From Leucoraja ocellata (taxonomy: Eukaryota): a stretch of DNA of 64,000 bases. Both the position numbers and the translations under genes were made by a program. Location: positions 1-64,000 of the forward strand of contig JAWMAR010000146.1 of assembly GCA_036785375.1 (NCBI GenBank), written 5' to 3'. Positions 61,130 to 64,000 of the stretch are shown piece after piece. Numbering within the stretch: position 1 is the stretch's first letter; each line of letters opens with the position of its first letter. Under the pieces are notes generated by a model. That model was given only the letters and a program-made list of their open reading frames with translations. It ran no database searches and was not told the DNA's origin.

Positions 61130-61400
61130 GAGGCCCTTCAGCCCATTGGGTTTGTGCTAACCATCATCCACTCATTTACACTAACCCTACATCAACCTCA
61201 ATTTTTATTCTCCCTCTATTCTCATCAATTCCATGTAGATTTTATCAATACATGAGGTGCAATTTACCTACCAACGTGCACCACTTTGGGATGTGGGAGG
61301 AAACCGGAGCACCCAGTGAAAACTTGTCCAGTCACAGACTGCTCCAGAGGTCCTGATTGAACCTAGATCAGTGTCTCTACCAGTTCTATCACTGTGGCAC
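61130..61400 (-). mobile_element. HE1-like SINE, degraded
   Basis: ttgggatgtgggaggaaaccggagcaccc signature. Confidence 0.7.
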
Positions 61401-61604
61401 TCACTATCTTTGCGCAGAGAGTTCTAGCATTTGACATAGTAACACTGAGGGAACGTAAAGGAATCTCCTAATCCGTATGGTCTATGACACGGAAAGGAAT
61501 TGCATGCCTGCATCCTGTAGCCTTTCTCCTTTGCAGGTTTGGAGTTATCGTCTGAAAACTCAGCATGTCTTCTCTTGATTTTGCTCTGCCAGCATATGCT
61601 TGAA

Positions 61605-61885
61605 AGGCCTGTCACATTTAGGCGATTTCTTTCGGTGACTGCCGGTGACTGCCGGCGACTATGCTGCCGCCACACTGTCGCAGGCGTGTTGCCTGTATGA
61701 TCATAAGCAGTCTCCTCAGTTGCCCAAAGAATCGTCGCATTTTTCTGGTCACAGTTGAATTTGGAAATCTTCAAAACTTTTTGGCGACAGTCGTAGACCG
61801 TGGGCTTGTCCTAGCTTGCTTGGCCTGTTGTAGGTGCTGTCTTAGGTTTTCGCCAGGATGTATAGGTTGTCGCCAGTAGCGACTT
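61605..61885. mobile_element. Truncated Harbinger MITE related to 40540-41338 (opposite orientation)
   Basis: ggcctgtcacatttaggcgattt TIR; body resembles the reverse complement of 41050-41338. Confidence 0.7.
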
Positions 61886-62177
61886 TAAAAAAACACGGCC
61901 ACAGCTCACGTGATAAGGTAAATAAAAGTGCATGGACTAGCTGATTTTTGTGTTTGAAACAATGCTACATAACTTCTCCCAGCAGGGCAGTATTTTTTGT
62001 GGAATTTTGGGAACATTTGACTATAATGTTTGACCTTAAAATTCATGTTTTTGTATGAAATATTCACAATGAATTCATGTGTGTTGCAGGGTTTGCAGCT
62101 GATGGGACACATGGGACAGCAATAGCTAGGACAGCCACAGATGGGACTGATGAGACCACCCGAACAGGACTCTTCAT

Positions 62178-62760
62178 AGAGCGGCCAGCTCTATGAAGTG
62201 TCCCGATGGTTCCAAAGTTCTGCCATTTAAGAATGACGGAGGCCACTGTGCTCTTCGGGACCTGCAATGCTGCAGAAATTGTTTTATACCCTTCTCCAGA
62301 TTTGTGTCATGACACAATCCTGTCTCGGAGGTCTACGGACAATTCCTTCGTCTTCATGACGTGGTTTTTGCTCCAACATGCACTGTCAACTGTGAGACCT
62401 TATATAAACAGGTGTGTGCCTTTCCAAATCATGTCCAATCAATTTAATTTACCACTGGTGAACTCCAATCAAGTTGTAGAAACATCTCAAGGACAATCAA
62501 TGGAAACAGGATGAACCTAAGCTCAATTGTGAGTGTCATAGCAAAGGGTCTGAATACGTATGTAAATGTGATATTTCAGTTATTTCTTTTTAATTACTTT
62601 GCAAAAAATTCTAAACATCTGTTTTTGCTTCTTCATTCTGCGGTATTGTGTGTAGATTGATGATTTAAAAAAAATGAATTTAATCCATTCTAAAATAAGG
62701 CTGTAACGTTTGCAAAATGTGGAAAAAGTGAAGGAGTCTGAATACTTTCTGAATGCACTG
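62178..62760 (-). mobile_element. Tc1 (IR/DR-type) transposon 5' fragment with transposase N-terminus
   Basis: TA plus cagtgcattcagaaagtattcagac TIR with an inner gtattcagaccc direct repeat. ATG 62357: MKTKELSVDLRDRIVS*HKSGEGYKTISAALQVPKSTVASVILKW..FGT...RAGR. Confidence 0.92.
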
Positions 62761-62784
62761 TATATCCAATTATCATGCATAGAT

Positions 62785-63095
62785 TGGGTAGACAGCATAA
62801 AACTTTTTTCTCCCAGGATATAAATATCAAATACGAAAGAGCATGGCTTTAAGGTGAGAGGGGCAAAGTTTAAAGGAGATGTGCTGGGCAGGTTTTATTA
62901 CACAGACGGTGATGAGTGCCTGGAACACACTGTCGAGGGTGGTAATTGAAGCAGATACGTTAGTGACATTTAGATATGTAGATGAAGGGATATGGATCAT
63001 GTGCAGGCAGATAAAAGTTGGTCTTGGCATTATGTTCAGCATAGACGTTGTGGGCCGAAGGGCCCATTCCTGTGCTATACTGGGTTTTTTTCTAT
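62785..63095 (+). mobile_element. CR1 3' fragment
   Basis: FKVRGAKFKGDV; TQTVMSAWNTL. Confidence 0.75.
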
Positions 63096-64000
63096 GATCT
63101 GCAGCATAGTAGGAAAAGAAGAACATTGTCAAGAACCTTTCTATTCCATTTTCTCTGAATTTAATTTATGTGGACCAAGTACAAAGTAATACAAAAGCCA
63201 CCAAGGTTTATTTAAAGAAAGTACACCTACTCTATGAAATGGCTTGGGAGCACATTCTGACCAGAGGCTGTGACACATCCACATTATAAAGCACTATAGA
63301 GTGCAATAATCTTTTGCTATCTTCCAATTATACATGTGAATTTCATCTCAAACATTCCCTTGGCAAAACCTTCATGAAAACAGATGTTACACTGCTGACC
63401 TTCAGCAGGGGTTTGAACAGTTATCTTCTCTTTATGCTGAATGAGATTATATAAATTGAGTGAATTTAAATATTGATGTATCTATTGGATTTTGAAAACA
63501 GATGAACTGGCACTTTTTTCCCTTCACCCTGTTAATTCTGTCAGTTTTAGGAATCATGAATAAATAGAGCAAATTATCTTTTGTTGCTTTGTTTGAGCCA
63601 CAGCAGACAAAAAACCTATCAATAGCCTGCGGAATTCAATGTAATAATTTCTGTAGCACGTCCTTGGTCTCTTTAATTAATAGTTTGAACTTCTTCACTG
63701 TATTATTATTTCACACTGCAAAAGCCCCAGATATTTGTGAAATGCAGTGAGAAATTCCAGCTGAATGCAAACCCTGGATGTTTTGAGTTTTGTCTTTGCT
63801 TACCATGGCATTGTCAAGAATCCCGGAATAGTCAGCAGGAAGAAATTGCATTAACTTTGTATTGACAACACCAATGTTGCACATCTTGTTTAATTTATAT
63901 TTTGTTAATTACTGAAAAAATATATTTTTGAAGGCATCTTGATCTGTTTAAATCGGCCAACATTAACAAAAACTAATTAAGATCTACCTGCACATAACAG

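Overview
Repeat-dense, apparently gene-free (intergenic or deep intronic) eukaryotic DNA. The repeat inventory (HE1-type tRNA SINEs sharing a 3' tail with CR1/HER1 LINEs, Rex1/Babar, RTE/BovB-like, Penelope) points to a cartilaginous fish, probably a skate or ray; this is inference from repeat families I recall. I found no convincing host exon. Every long ORF in the track is transposon-derived or a product of simple repeats. The window holds deeply nested insertions: CR1 1885-6635 with four guests, and an old CR1 50190-58135 hosting Rex1, CR1 and a Helitron-like element. It also has a near-full-length RTE with an RT-core deletion, a solo LTR, Harbinger/hAT/Tc1-mariner MITEs, a Tc1 5' fragment and two assembly gaps. 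The best finding is a 151-bp non-autonomous retroelement (14265-14415, minus) with a perfect 12-bp TSD and a (GAA)n tail. Its first 54 nt fold exactly as a minimal HDV-like self-cleaving ribozyme that begins at the element's first base. Other leads are hammerhead-like motifs in Penelope remnants, a two-copy TA-flanked MITE carrying a tRNA-Met-like cassette and a 121-bp palindrome, and a Tc1 that resembles teleost elements. Coordinates were counted by eye; ends of degraded repeats are approximate.
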